From sequence record OZ556245.1: a stretch of DNA of 64,000 nucleotides, one strand, 5' to 3'. The stretch comes from a phage. Under the pieces are notes generated by a model. The model was not told where the DNA came from, did no database searches, and was given only the letters and a program-made list of their open reading frames with translations. Of this stretch, positions 39,354-48,854 are shown in pieces (within the stretch, counting starts at the first letter, position 1; the number at the start of each line of letters is the position of its first letter). A program made the translations under genes and the position numbers.

Positions 39354-39636
39354 TCATATCCTCAATCTGCGATCTAGTAGTCTTCCAAAGAATACTAATG
39401 AGTTCATCGTTATATGGCTGTTTTAGAATATCCCGACTTTTCTTGATAGCATATTCGTATTGAGCAAAATTATTGTTTTCAGCTGCAATCTGAGCGTGCT
39501 TATAAAGACGGTTCAGTTCGCGTTTGTTTTTAGACAATAACTTATTTGCTTTTCTTTCTGCTTCAAGACGGTTCTTTTCTTCAATAGAAGAAATAAGCTT
39601 TTCCACTTCATCATTAATTTCGGGTTTATCAGTCAT
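39319..39636 (-). CDS. hypothetical coiled-coil protein (105 aa)
   Basis: ORF track. Confidence 0.45.
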   Translation of the reverse strand: MTDKPEINDEVEKLISSIEEKNRLEAERKANKLLSKNKRELNRLYKHAQIAAENNNFAQYEYAIKKSRDILKQPYNDELISILWKTTRSQIEDMIDAYKRKIQAS

Positions 39637-39637
39637 A

Positions 39638-39856
39638 TTATTTCTCTAATATAAAATAAAAATCATCATCTGTTAAATGATACCGATAGTTTAATTCTAC
39701 ACCATTAGATTTAAAAGCGGTATCATACGGATTTTCTGGATCAATATCAATGTCAAGAGCTAAAACTTCCCTGAGATACATTTTAAGTAAATAGGGAATA
39801 GCTTCAACTTCAGGTATTTCTTCCAAGAATCCGGAGAGGTTAATCGTTAGCCTCAT
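39638..39856 (-). CDS. hypothetical small protein (72 aa)
   Basis: ORF track. Confidence 0.45.
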
Positions 39857-40403
39857 ATAAAAAATCCAAACTAGGAGAATCGTCTACAACACTTTTCTTT
39901 TCAGCCCCCGGTGTTCTATAGGTTGATTCTTCGTAATGCGTCATTTTATCGTAGATGTCTTGAATAAAAGTTTCATCTACTAACGCAACCATATCGTCGT
40001 CACGACTGTCATAGACATTGTGAACGAAGTAACTGTATTTCTTTGCAACTTCCTTACGTTCTTTTTTAATACGTTGGACGAATGCATTAAAACAAGCTTG
40101 AGTTATATATGCATGCGGGTTTTTATATTTCGTTTCATCAAAATTATGAAGCCCCTTAATAGAAGCTTCTATACCATCTGCAATCATTTCTTGTTTCCAG
40201 GATTGGGTGTATCCTGAAAAGTTGAAACGTTTAGATAAGCCTTCTGCAATAAGCATAATGGCTAATCCGATAGTATCATTCTGACGAACTACTTTATTTG
40301 GGTCTTTATTATTTGCTAATTCTGTTTTCCAATCAATAATAGCTTGTAAAAGCTCTTTATTGTTTACGTAATTATATTTAGGCTTAGTTTCTGACATTTT
40401 CAC
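39840..40403 (-). CDS. 55: late-transcription sigma factor gp55
   Basis: 187 aa; position between nrdH region and alpha-gt. Confidence 0.8.
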
Positions 40404-40475
40404 CTCTTAGCTCAATTCATAGATCTATTATATCATAATATTTGAAGATCTATCTTAAAGCATAGAGGATATCAG

Positions 40476-40745
40476 TTATCTAAGTAAGCAGTATGCTTGG
40501 AACACTTTCTCCATCATCTTTTTAAATTCATGAATATCTATGTAATGACTAGTTAAATCAGCGTGATATAAAAAGTCTAAAAACTTTTCATGCGTGCTAA
40601 CATATTCGCTTTCATTTAATTCAGAAACATGGCTTTCCCAATATCCAACACCAGTCTTATTTGGGAAAAATGAAATTTTCATGTATTGATCAACATAGAA
40701 AATGCCATAATTTTCAATAGTAATAGAAATATTAATAAATTTCAT
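40476..40745 (-). CDS. hypothetical protein (89 aa)
   Basis: ORF track. Confidence 0.45.
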   Translation of the reverse strand: MKFINISITIENYGIFYVDQYMKISFFPNKTGVGYWESHVSELNESEYVSTHEKFLDFLYHADLTSHYIDIHEFKKMMEKVFQAYCLLR

Positions 40746-40963
40746 GCATTCATCAACTTAGCCGCTTCAAGAGCTGCATCTAGTGAATCAAACTGGTCAA
40801 CATATTCAATCAATTCGCCGTAATTAGCGTATAACCACCATTGGCTAAATTCATACTCAAGGATGAATCCATTTCCTTCAATTTGAGTTAAACCAATGCC
40901 ATTTGTATTTACTTCATATCCGGCAAGACGTAAATCGTTAATAAGAGCTTCGTTCATATTCAT
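40742..40963 (-). CDS. hypothetical protein (73 aa)
   Basis: ORF track. Confidence 0.45.
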   Translation of the reverse strand: MNMNEALINDLRLAGYEVNTNGIGLTQIEGNGFILEYEFSQWWLYANYGELIEYVDQFDSLDAALEAAKLMNA

Positions 40964-41286
40964 ACCTTAGCAATTTTCAGGTCAGCAAATTTTTTCTTGC
41001 GTTGATTTTTCATACGACGAATAGTTTTATCGGAAATTTCATGCTTTTGATAAGCTTTAGATTCTACACCAAAAGCTTTAACATCAAATTCTGACAAGAT
41101 ATATTGAACCAACAATTCGCGGACAGTATTGCGTCCAATCTTCTGATCGTTTTGTTTCATCGTCTGATGAAGCTCTTTTTCCCATTTATCCAAAATTTGA
41201 GGAGTTACAATATCGCCTTTTTCTAGCAAAGAAACCACTTTATCATATGCGTAAGAATTGATGGCGTTTTTAATTTGAATAGTCAT
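40960..41286 (-). CDS. hypothetical protein (108 aa)
   Basis: ORF track. Confidence 0.45.
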   Translation of the reverse strand: MTIQIKNAINSYAYDKVVSLLEKGDIVTPQILDKWEKELHQTMKQNDQKIGRNTVRELLVQYILSEFDVKAFGVESKAYQKHEISDKTIRRMKNQRKKKFADLKIAKV

Positions 41287-41323
41287 ACATTATCCTCAAT
41301 TGCGTTAAAATTTTATTATCCAA

Positions 41324-41341
41324 AAAGGGCCGAAGCCCTTA
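41324..41341 (-). terminator. UUCG-tetraloop hairpin
   Basis: AAGGGCUUCGGCCCUU. Confidence 0.5.
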
Positions 41342-41539
41342 GCTAAACTGTTTGGCGCCCTTCCAGCCTTCGTACATCATTGCGGCTGATATTAATATTG
41401 CTCCTGAGCAACTTGAATATTTGTGATTCCAAAACCAGTTTAGAAAAACTTCGTCATCAATACCTTGAGCTATCATATTTTCAAAGAACTGACGACGAGC
41501 TTCAGCAATTCGTTGCGATAATTTAGATTCAGGATTCAT
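41339..41539 (-). CDS. hypothetical protein (66 aa)
   Basis: ORF track. Confidence 0.45.
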   Translation of the reverse strand: MNPESKLSQRIAEARRQFFENMIAQGIDDEVFLNWFWNHKYSSCSGAILISAAMMYEGWKGAKQFS

Positions 41540-41671
41540 TTAAATTTTCCAGTTACCATTTTCATCAATAAATTTAATCCAGTCATTTACTGACCACTTG
41601 GTCGTATCGCCTTTTGGAGCAACATTTAAAGTGTATAATCCTTGTTTAAAAAGCATGCGTTTGATATTCAT
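41540..41671 (-). CDS. hypothetical small protein (43 aa)
   Basis: ORF track 41540..41755 trimmed to internal ATG with GGAAAAT SD after upstream stop. Confidence 0.35.
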   Translation of the reverse strand: MNIKRMLFKQGLYTLNVAPKGDTTKWSVNDWIKFIDENGNWKI

Positions 41672-41678
41672 ATTTTCC

Positions 41679-41972
41679 TCAGCTGTAACGATAGCACTCG
41701 TTTGATTTACGCTTAGCAACTCGTTGAGAAGTATTGTAATCAAAATCATCGTCAATGTAAACTGATTTTTTCAACTTTCTTACTTCACCACGTAATTGGC
41801 GATTTAACTCATCTTTAACTTCTGAATCAATGCCTTTCATTCTACGCCATTTATCAGAGCGAAAAATGTTTTCGACCATATCTTTATGACTTACACCATC
41901 AGGAGCTTTACGCTTTCCAAAATAGTCATAATCACGCACTTTTAAATCTTTACGACGATACGTTTTACCCAT
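41679..41972 (-). CDS. hypothetical basic protein (97 aa)
   Basis: ORF track 41679..42017 trimmed to first ATG. Confidence 0.45.
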   Translation of the reverse strand: MGKTYRRKDLKVRDYDYFGKRKAPDGVSHKDMVENIFRSDKWRRMKGIDSEVKDELNRQLRGEVRKLKKSVYIDDDFDYNTSQRVAKRKSNECYRYS

Positions 41973-42147
41973 GGAGTTTAATTTCCTTAGCAACTGAACT
42001 AAATACAGCACGATCACAAATCATCTGTTTATGTAACTTGAGTATAAGATAATAAACTTCAAAGCCGTTTACATAAGTAACACGAACAACATTACCATTA
42101 ATAAAATAATACTGTCCCTTTTTAATTTCTTTATCAACCACAACCAT
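41965..42147 (-). CDS. hypothetical small protein (60 aa)
   Basis: ORF track; early promoter upstream. Confidence 0.45.
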   Translation of the reverse strand: MVVVDKEIKKGQYYFINGNVVRVTYVNGFEVYYLILKLHKQMICDRAVFSSVAKEIKLHG

Positions 42148-42175
42148 ATCAATTCCTCAAAGGCAATTCATGTGT

Positions 42176-42207
42176 TAATAATACCACAGTTTGAACTTCT
42201 TGTAAAC
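42176..42207 (-). promoter_or_regulatory. early promoter
   Basis: GTTTAC ... TGTGGTATTAT. Confidence 0.5.
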
Positions 42208-42284
42208 AACTTTGTGAAAATTATTTTAGGGAATGATAAGAAGGGAACGATAGTTAGAATGGTAATATACAGAATGTGAGAAAG

Positions 42285-42303
42285 AAAGGCCCAGAGGGCC
42301 CAT
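42285..42303 (-). terminator. hairpin terminator after nrdH
   Basis: GGGCCCUCUGGGCC hairpin followed by U-rich tract. Confidence 0.5.
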
Positions 42304-42304
42304 C

Positions 42305-42613
42305 TTAGTCTTCTATGATATCTCTATCATATCCAAGTGAAATGAGAGTTTCTTTGAACTGTTTAATGTTCTTTTGTCTAGAATCATTAATGAAAATGAC
42401 TGGATACCGAATGTTAAGAGATGTGAATCCAGCACGTTTAGCAAGAGATACAATCAGTGGACGATCATACTCAATCTTACCATTATTTGTAAGAACTTTA
42501 TAGAAAGTAAAAGGAGCATTGAGCTCCTTTAAAAGTTTTGTAACTGATTGACATCCAGGACAACGACCTACTTCATCTGGAATTCCATAGACTTCAATCT
42601 TGTTCTGTTTCAC
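42305..42613 (-). CDS. nrdH: glutaredoxin-like protein NrdH
   Basis: 102 aa; CPGC redox motif; adjacent to nrdG/nrdD. Confidence 0.8.
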   Translation of the reverse strand: MKQNKIEVYGIPDEVGRCPGCQSVTKLLKELNAPFTFYKVLTNNGKIEYDRPLIVSLAKRAGFTSLNIRYPVIFINDSRQKNIKQFKETLISLGYDRDIIED

Positions 42614-42615
42614 AA

Positions 42616-42828
42616 CTATTCCTTACTAAGAGCAGCATTCAGTTTATTAGTAATTTTATCCAGACGCTCATTGAACTCGCTAGAAGACAGTCCTTTTTCT
42701 GGAGAAATCAAACTAATCACGAAAAATATAGCAATAAAAGGAATAAGAAAAATAGCACCAACTGCCATAAACAAAAAGAACGTTACAGTTGTAAGAAAAT
42801 CAGCTAAACCTTTACGAAATTTATACAT
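42616..42828 (-). CDS. small membrane protein (70 aa)
   Basis: two hydrophobic segments. Confidence 0.5.
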   Translation of the reverse strand: MYKFRKGLADFLTTVTFFLFMAVGAIFLIPFIAIFFVISLISPEKGLSSSEFNERLDKITNKLNAALSKE

Positions 42829-42943
42829 ATTTTATCCTTAATTGATTAACCAAGCATTGATAAGCACTAAACTATATTGTGAATAAAATTCTGGACCAAA
42901 ATGAAAAATCATATCATTTATAGTGTCCATAATATAATTCAAT

Positions 42944-43414
42944 TTAATCATGTTTCCACACCCCATCGGTATTTGACCAAAGTCGCTGATTATCTGATCC
43001 TCGCCACAGCTTTTTGGTCGGAAGATTTTTCTCATACTTCCCATCAATAATAACATCAACATATTTAAGCATTTCTAGTTGTTTAATATCCTCAAACTTA
43101 TATCCTGTCCACAACCAAATGCTTTTATTTGGATAAAGATTTTTTACTGTTTGAACAATGCAATGAATAACATCTCGGTTATCAGGATAGAGAGGGTCTC
43201 CTCCAGTTATAGTCAATCCTTCTATATAATCATTATTCAAACATTCAATTAATTGTTCCAGTGTTTCACCAGTGAATGGAACGCCATTTCTAGCATTCCA
43301 TGTTGATTTATTATAACACCCTTCGCATTTATGCAAACAACCTGTAACGAAAAGAACGACCCTGCATCCAGGGCCATTCACAAAATCACAAGGATAAAAT
43401 CTATCATAATTCAT
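42944..43414 (-). CDS. nrdG: anaerobic ribonucleotide reductase activating protein NrdG (radical SAM)
   Basis: 156 aa; CLHKCEGC radical-SAM cysteine motif. Confidence 0.85.
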   Translation of the reverse strand: MNYDRFYPCDFVNGPGCRVVLFVTGCLHKCEGCYNKSTWNARNGVPFTGETLEQLIECLNNDYIEGLTITGGDPLYPDNRDVIHCIVQTVKNLYPNKSIWLWTGYKFEDIKQLEMLKYVDVIIDGKYEKNLPTKKLWRGSDNQRLWSNTDGVWKHD

Positions 43415-45228
43415 CGGTGTTTAACCCTATGCATGATTTCTTTATTTTTTCCAAGATTAAATCCGCGTTCATTCGGATTTCCCAAATAACCACAAGTTCT
43501 TCTTATTGTGTTCATCTTTTTAGGATCAGTTTCTCCACAAATAGAACAAACAAACCCGTTTTCAGTAGGAGTCATTTCATGGGTACTTCCGCATGTAAAA
43601 CATTTATCTACTGGCATATTAACACCAAAATAATCTAAATGTTGTGCAGCATAATCCCATACAGCCTCAAGACCTTTTAGGTTATTTTTCATATCAGGAA
43701 GTTCAACATAAGAAATGTGACCACCTGTCGCAATGAAATGATATGGGGCTTCGCGAGAAATCTTTTCAAACGGAGTAATATTTTCTTCTACTGAAACATG
43801 GAAACTATTAGTGTACCAGCCTTTATCAGTAACATCCTTTACACTTCCATATTTCTCAGTATCAAGTTTACAGAAGCGATAGCACAGGTTTTCAGCAGGA
43901 GTAGAATACAAGCTAAAAGCAAAACCGGTTCTTTCAGTCCACTGCTTAAGACGAGCATTCATTTTAGTTAAAATTTCCTGTCCAATATCACGACCGACAA
44001 GAATATTCAATTCGTGAATACCAATGTATCCTAAGGACACTGAACTTCTACCGTTTTTAAATAACTCAATTATGTCGTCATCAGGTTTAAGACGAACCCC
44101 AAATGCACCTTCTTGGTAAAGAATAGGAGCAACAGTCGCTTTAACTCCTTTTAAGGAACTAATTCTACACATCAAAGCTTCAAAACACAAATCCATTCGT
44201 TCATTGAACAATTCAGCAAATTTCTGTTCATTGAACTGTGTTCCAATATAAGAATCTAACGCAATGCGAGGAAGATTCAGTGTTACAACGCCAAGATTAT
44301 TACGTCCATCAAGAATTTCATTACCAGTCGAATCTTTCCATACGCTCAAGAAACTACGGCAACCCATTGGAGAAACAGGAATAGATGAGCCGGTGATAAC
44401 TTTATTGTTCTTAGCTGAAATAATATCAGGATACATTCTTTTGCTTGCACACTCTAAAGCAAGCTGCTTAATATCATAGTTCGGATCGTCCTTATAAAGA
44501 TTAACACCTTCTTCAACGAACATAACAAGTTTAGGGAAAATAGGAGTTATCCCATCACGGCCAAGGCCTTTAATACGATTTTTCAGAATTGCTTTCTGAA
44601 TCATTCGTTCAGTCCAGTCAGTTCCCGTACCAAATGTAATTGTTACAAAAGGCGTTTGTCCGTTTGAACTAAAGAGAGTATTTACTTCATATTCATAAGC
44701 TTGGAATGCATCGTATACGTCTTTTTCTGTTTTAGATTGGGCATAATTCAATGCATCGGCGATTTGCCATTTTTCTGCATCCTCAATATGTTTTGCATAG
44801 GTGCGTTTAACATAAGGAGAAAGTACTTTATCTACATTCGCAAAAGTCGTTCCGCCATATTGATGAGAAGCAACCTGCGCAGTAATTTGTGCCATAATTG
44901 CAGTAGCAACGCCGATTGATTTAGGAGTTTCAATCTGCGCATTACCGAGCTTAAATCCGTTCTCAAGCATTCCTTTTAAATCTACTAAACAGCAATTAGT
45001 AAATGGAAGAGCAGGGGAATAATCAATATCGTGGAAATGGATAATTCCGCTTTCATGCGCTTTCATAATAAAAGACGGGACCATATTTTTGGCAATGTGT
45101 TTAGACACAATACCAGCCATAAGGTCCCGTTGAGTTGGAAAAACACGAGAATCTTTATTAGCATTCTCGTTTAAAAGGTCTTTATTAGTTTTATGAATCA
45201 ATCCTTCAATTTCTTTTTCAATTGTCAT
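43411..45228 (-). CDS. nrdD: anaerobic ribonucleoside-triphosphate reductase NrdD, uninterrupted
   Basis: 605 aa; C-terminal glycyl-radical motif RRTCGY and zinc ribbon CFTCG...CSICG. Confidence 0.9.
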   Translation of the reverse strand: MTIEKEIEGLIHKTNKDLLNENANKDSRVFPTQRDLMAGIVSKHIAKNMVPSFIMKAHESGIIHFHDIDYSPALPFTNCCLVDLKGMLENGFKLGNAQIETPKSIGVATAIMAQITAQVASHQYGGTTFANVDKVLSPYVKRTYAKHIEDAEKWQIADALNYAQSKTEKDVYDAFQAYEYEVNTLFSSNGQTPFVTITFGTGTDWTERMIQKAILKNRIKGLGRDGITPIFPKLVMFVEEGVNLYKDDPNYDIKQLALECASKRMYPDIISAKNNKVITGSSIPVSPMGCRSFLSVWKDSTGNEILDGRNNLGVVTLNLPRIALDSYIGTQFNEQKFAELFNERMDLCFEALMCRISSLKGVKATVAPILYQEGAFGVRLKPDDDIIELFKNGRSSVSLGYIGIHELNILVGRDIGQEILTKMNARLKQWTERTGFAFSLYSTPAENLCYRFCKLDTEKYGSVKDVTDKGWYTNSFHVSVEENITPFEKISREAPYHFIATGGHISYVELPDMKNNLKGLEAVWDYAAQHLDYFGVNMPVDKCFTCGSTHEMTPTENGFVCSICGETDPKKMNTIRRTCGYLGNPNERGFNLGKNKEIMHRVKHR

Positions 45229-45698
45229 TTTAAACTCTTTCTAAGCTGCTTCTTAAATGAAGCTATTAATTGTGTTTTAGTGTCAGATTCATTATATTCA
45301 AATCCTCTTTGAAGCATCTCAGCCATCATTTCCTCTTTTCCCAAACGAGAAAATTCCTTTGATTTATCTCCAACGAAGTTAGGGTGAATATTATTTTGGG
45401 TGTAATCGGATTTTAAATAAGTAAGTAAATTTTCTAACCATTCAAGATAATCAACGCCTTGCCCCTTTAAGCCAGAACGATTAAATTTGTGTTTCATTTG
45501 ACCTTCCGCTGCATTGCAAAGATTACAGAGCAATCCACGTACCTTTCCTGCTTTTGGTCCATTTAATTCATGGTCATGGTCAAGGTGATTAGCTTGAACA
45601 TCAGGATTTAGTTCTCGTTGGCAAATTAAGCATTTACCGTTTTGTGCGTTATAAAATTTCTGTTTTTCTTCTTTATATAATTTGCCAGTCAATAACAT
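45225..45698 (-). CDS. 49: endonuclease VII (Holliday junction resolvase)
   Basis: 157 aa as T4 gp49; Cys/His zinc-binding cluster CLICQ...HLDHDHE...CNLCN. Confidence 0.85.
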   Translation of the reverse strand: MLLTGKLYKEEKQKFYNAQNGKCLICQRELNPDVQANHLDHDHELNGPKAGKVRGLLCNLCNAAEGQMKHKFNRSGLKGQGVDYLEWLENLLTYLKSDYTQNNIHPNFVGDKSKEFSRLGKEEMMAEMLQRGFEYNESDTKTQLIASFKKQLRKSLK

Positions 45699-45739
45699 AA
45701 TAAACCCTTACCTTAAATAGATAAGGGTATTTATTATTT

Positions 45740-46225
45740 TCAAGTATTGTAAAACATTTGATGCAATCGCTTATATTGCCGAATCTTTTGGTCAGAAAAA
45801 GAAATTTGAGTTTCAAGCCATTCAATATATTCTGCTGCAGCTTGCATCAAATTTCCTTCATAACCATCATTATTTTCTTGTGCAGCTAATTTAGCTAATG
45901 CATATGAAATACGTTCACCTTGAAAAGCGGCTTTAGGTTTATGAAGAGCTTGATCAACTCGTTCTACAACTTCTTCAATTTCGCCATTTTCCGCTGATTC
46001 AGTATTCCACAAGCACCAATACGTAATTGGCTTATCATAGATGTTAATAATCTTTCCATCAGAAAGTTCAATTTCAATAATTCCAGTATCAGGTTCTATA
46101 TCATCTTCGCATTCTTTTGCAAGTTCACGAACTTTAAAGACAGTACCTGCACTAAGTTCCGGCCAGTAATTACACAGCCCTTTATCAGCACGATTAATTC
46201 TAAACCACTTATCTACTGCAATCAT
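45740..46225 (-). CDS. hypothetical protein at T4 pin position (about 161 aa)
   Basis: ORF track 45740..46243 trimmed from TTG to first ATG; synteny only. Confidence 0.45.
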   Translation of the reverse strand: MIAVDKWFRINRADKGLCNYWPELSAGTVFKVRELAKECEDDIEPDTGIIEIELSDGKIINIYDKPITYWCLWNTESAENGEIEEVVERVDQALHKPKAAFQGERISYALAKLAAQENNDGYEGNLMQAAAEYIEWLETQISFSDQKIRQYKRLHQMFYNT

Positions 46226-46348
46226 GTCCCATCTCCATATCAATTAAGTCGTTTATCGTCGGTTCATTATATACTGTTTCTTCATCAGTGTAAACCGGTT
46301 CTTCCGGCTCTGGCTCTACTGTTTCCCATCTAGCCGCCCACCAAGGTT

Positions 46349-46669
46349 TTATAGCGTAATCCATTCTCGTACTGTCTGAGTTACTACACGTTCACGGGGC
46401 TCGACTAGTTCAACAGTCGGAACTGCATAATACCAGTCAGAATGGTAAGAACCTGAGCGAGTTTCATTTACAGACACATGAACGTTATGTTTTGGACTAA
46501 AATAAACACACTGACGATAATGGCATTTACCATCTTGTACCCAATCTTCTATTTCGATAGGTTTAAGATAATCCGAAAAATCGAAATCATAATTTTCTGA
46601 AAATGCATCATGGTCTTCGATGATTTCACTCAGAACTGCATCAACATCTAATTTATTTTCAATAGTCAT
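46349..46669 (-). CDS. hypothetical acidic protein (106 aa)
   Basis: ORF track. Confidence 0.45.
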   Translation of the reverse strand: MTIENKLDVDAVLSEIIEDHDAFSENYDFDFSDYLKPIEIEDWVQDGKCHYRQCVYFSPKHNVHVSVNETRSGSYHSDWYYAVPTVELVEPRERVVTQTVREWITL

Positions 46670-46679
46670 TTTTCACCAA

Positions 46680-46889
46680 TTAATTTCGCAATTTATTAAG
46701 TTCTTCATAATCAATCCAGGATTCTAGTCCTGATGGCAAATCAGATTCAATTTCCCAAAGAAGTTCTTCAATTTTCTGAAGACGATCTAATTCTTCAGCA
46801 GGAATAGTAACCATTGACGGAGTTCTTGATACGCTAATATCGTAAATCATATTTACCCCAGTTTGACCATACAATCGCCATATTTCCAT
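46680..46889 (-). CDS. hypothetical small protein (69 aa)
   Basis: ORF track. Confidence 0.45.
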   Translation of the reverse strand: MEIWRLYGQTGVNMIYDISVSRTPSMVTIPAEELDRLQKIEELLWEIESDLPSGLESWIDYEELNKLRN

Positions 46890-47068
46890 TTAGAAATAGA
46901 CTTTTCACCATTAGAATAATAAACTTCAAGTTTAGCACGATTATTTTTAATTTGAATAACCTTTGCTGTCATCAAAGTTCCATACCCATAATAAACTGCA
47001 ACCTCATCACCTACATATACCGCGCTTCCGCGGTAGTCATGGATATAATCAGTTCCTTCGAGCATCAT
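46853..47068 (-). CDS. hypothetical small protein (71 aa)
   Basis: ORF track. Confidence 0.45.
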   Translation of the reverse strand: MMLEGTDYIHDYRGSAVYVGDEVAVYYGYGTLMTAKVIQIKNNRAKLEVYYSNGEKSISKWKYGDCMVKLG

Positions 47069-47328
47069 TTAAAGTATTCCCGCAATTGGTCAAATCCACC
47101 AATATGACTTCCATCAGGAGCAAATACTTGCGGCATTGTCAAACCAATTTGAGTATCACGACCTAGTTTCGTCAGAAGCTCAGCGATTTTCTCATCATCA
47201 AAAACACCTTTTTCCGGCATAATGTTGATAAATTCAAACGGCTGTTTCTTCACAGTCAAAAGACGTTTTGCATTATCACAATACACGCATTTATGGATAC
47301 TGCTATCATAACCATATACTTTAAACAT
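47065..47328 (-). CDS. nrdC: phage thioredoxin/glutaredoxin NrdC
   Basis: 87 aa; CVYC active site. Confidence 0.85.
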   Translation of the reverse strand: MFKVYGYDSSIHKCVYCDNAKRLLTVKKQPFEFINIMPEKGVFDDEKIAELLTKLGRDTQIGLTMPQVFAPDGSHIGGFDQLREYFK

Positions 47329-47572
47329 AATATTCCTTAATTCCTAGTACTTGTTTAAAAGTCTCGTCGTAATCAAGACTTTGGCCCGTTTGTTCTTTAT
47401 GTTTGTATATAATATCACTTACTTCTGATAGCATATTTTTATATGAACGAGTTAAAGCAGATTTAAGCACGCTGTATCTATCAGGAAATTTACCATGTTC
47501 ATAATAATAAGCTATTGCTAATTCACGGACTGCCTTTTCAGCAGTCTCCATATATTCTTTACGCTTTGTCAT
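47321..47572 (-). CDS. hypothetical protein (83 aa)
   Basis: ORF track. Confidence 0.45.
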   Translation of the reverse strand: MTKRKEYMETAEKAVRELAIAYYYEHGKFPDRYSVLKSALTRSYKNMLSEVSDIIYKHKEQTGQSLDYDETFKQVLGIKEYYV

Positions 47573-47876
47573 TTTCTTCTCGGTTAAATCGGTGTTTGCA
47601 ATGACGGCATTTATAACGAAGATTACTAGTCTGCCAATGGACTAATTGAACCTGTTCAGTACCGCATTCAGGACAATTAGGAACGCTTTTAGAAGCCCTT
47701 TCGCGACGTTCAACCATAGCCATAATGGCATCCCAAGCTGGAGGTTTAAAATCTAAATCATCGCAACCATGAATCTTTCCACACATTTCCAGATCGTCTT
47801 CTTCACCAGCCATAATAATTTTAATTAGACTGGAATTACTTGAAGCTGCAATATCTTCTAATAAGCGCTTTTTCAT
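47559..47876 (-). CDS. zinc-ribbon protein (105 aa)
   Basis: CPECG...CRHCKH motif. Confidence 0.5.
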   Translation of the reverse strand: MKKRLLEDIAASSNSSLIKIIMAGEEDDLEMCGKIHGCDDLDFKPPAWDAIMAMVERRERASKSVPNCPECGTEQVQLVHWQTSNLRYKCRHCKHRFNREENDKA

Positions 47877-48802
47877 TTCAATACCTCAATAGCATTACGT
47901 AAACCATTTGCTTTTGCATTAAGAGCTTTTAACAATTTGGTGTGTTCGGCAATCTGGGCTTCAACTTCAATTAAACGAGCATTGAGATATTCACGTTCTT
48001 CGCTCAGGTTATCAACCTTTTCTACTTTAGGTTCTTTTACAGCTGTCTTATATGTATTAGGGTTCTTCAGTTTAATTAGAATGCGTGAACTGTATAACAT
48101 TGAACCATTATCTTCGGTTTCGTCATACATTTCTACTACGTCCATGATTTTTAACATCATGCGGAGTTTATAAGACAACGAACGAATAGTTTTGTTGTGC
48201 TTATTAATTTCTCTAGAGTTCATGGTGCCGAGATTACGTGAGTAATAATAAGGAACCTGGATATTAATTAGCACTGATGAACCACCTGGCTTATGTGTTA
48301 CTTCATCAGCAATAACCCAGTCCTTAACATGAACTGTATTTGTACGGTCATCACCAGCAGTAAATAGTTTGCGAGCATGCTTAAAAAGCATATTCACTTG
48401 GGTATTGAATTGACAAGCAAATTTATCAGCAAATTTAGTTTCAGGAATGGTAGATAACCAATCAGCCAAATGGGTCTTTTTAACATCGTTAACAATAGTA
48501 AATTCAACCAAATCGGTTATAGATGTCGTAGATTTAATGAAGCTCGGCTTCATAAAGTTTTTAATGTTATCGCGAGCTACAGTAGAAGATAACATACGAG
48601 AACGTTTAAACCATTCAAGCAAATTGCCTAACGAATGAGAATAAGCGTTTTGAGTATCTTTACAGATATGATTTTCCTGGCCAACATATTGAAGGAAATC
48701 ACGAAGAATATTATTGATTACTGCTCTGTGTCCGATATTATAATTACGGTGTTTAGTAATAAGGCTGTCAAAATAATCAATATAATGTTTACGAGTTTTC
48801 AT
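47873..48802 (-). CDS. hypothetical protein with C-terminal coiled coil (309 aa)
   Basis: ORF track; heptad-like C-terminal 45 aa. Confidence 0.55.
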   Translation of the reverse strand: MKTRKHYIDYFDSLITKHRNYNIGHRAVINNILRDFLQYVGQENHICKDTQNAYSHSLGNLLEWFKRSRMLSSTVARDNIKNFMKPSFIKSTTSITDLVEFTIVNDVKKTHLADWLSTIPETKFADKFACQFNTQVNMLFKHARKLFTAGDDRTNTVHVKDWVIADEVTHKPGGSSVLINIQVPYYYSRNLGTMNSREINKHNKTIRSLSYKLRMMLKIMDVVEMYDETEDNGSMLYSSRILIKLKNPNTYKTAVKEPKVEKVDNLSEEREYLNARLIEVEAQIAEHTKLLKALNAKANGLRNAIEVLK

Positions 48803-48854
48803 GTTCTTCTCACTTGGTTAATGATTTATACTCCGAGCCATCCTTGGCTTTAAA

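Noticed and set aside
42838-43062. 74-aa minus-strand ORF overlapping nrdG
   Set aside because: Overlaps 119 nt of the nrdG 3' end in another frame; only a 37-codon remnant would be free
43411-45228. Group I intron in nrdD
   Set aside because: NrdD reads through uninterrupted at 605 aa
48835-48851. Possible late promoter TATAAATC with hairpin AGCCAAGGAUGGCU
   Set aside because: Differs from the TATAAATA late consensus in the last position and lies upstream of an early-type gene; too uncertain to annotate
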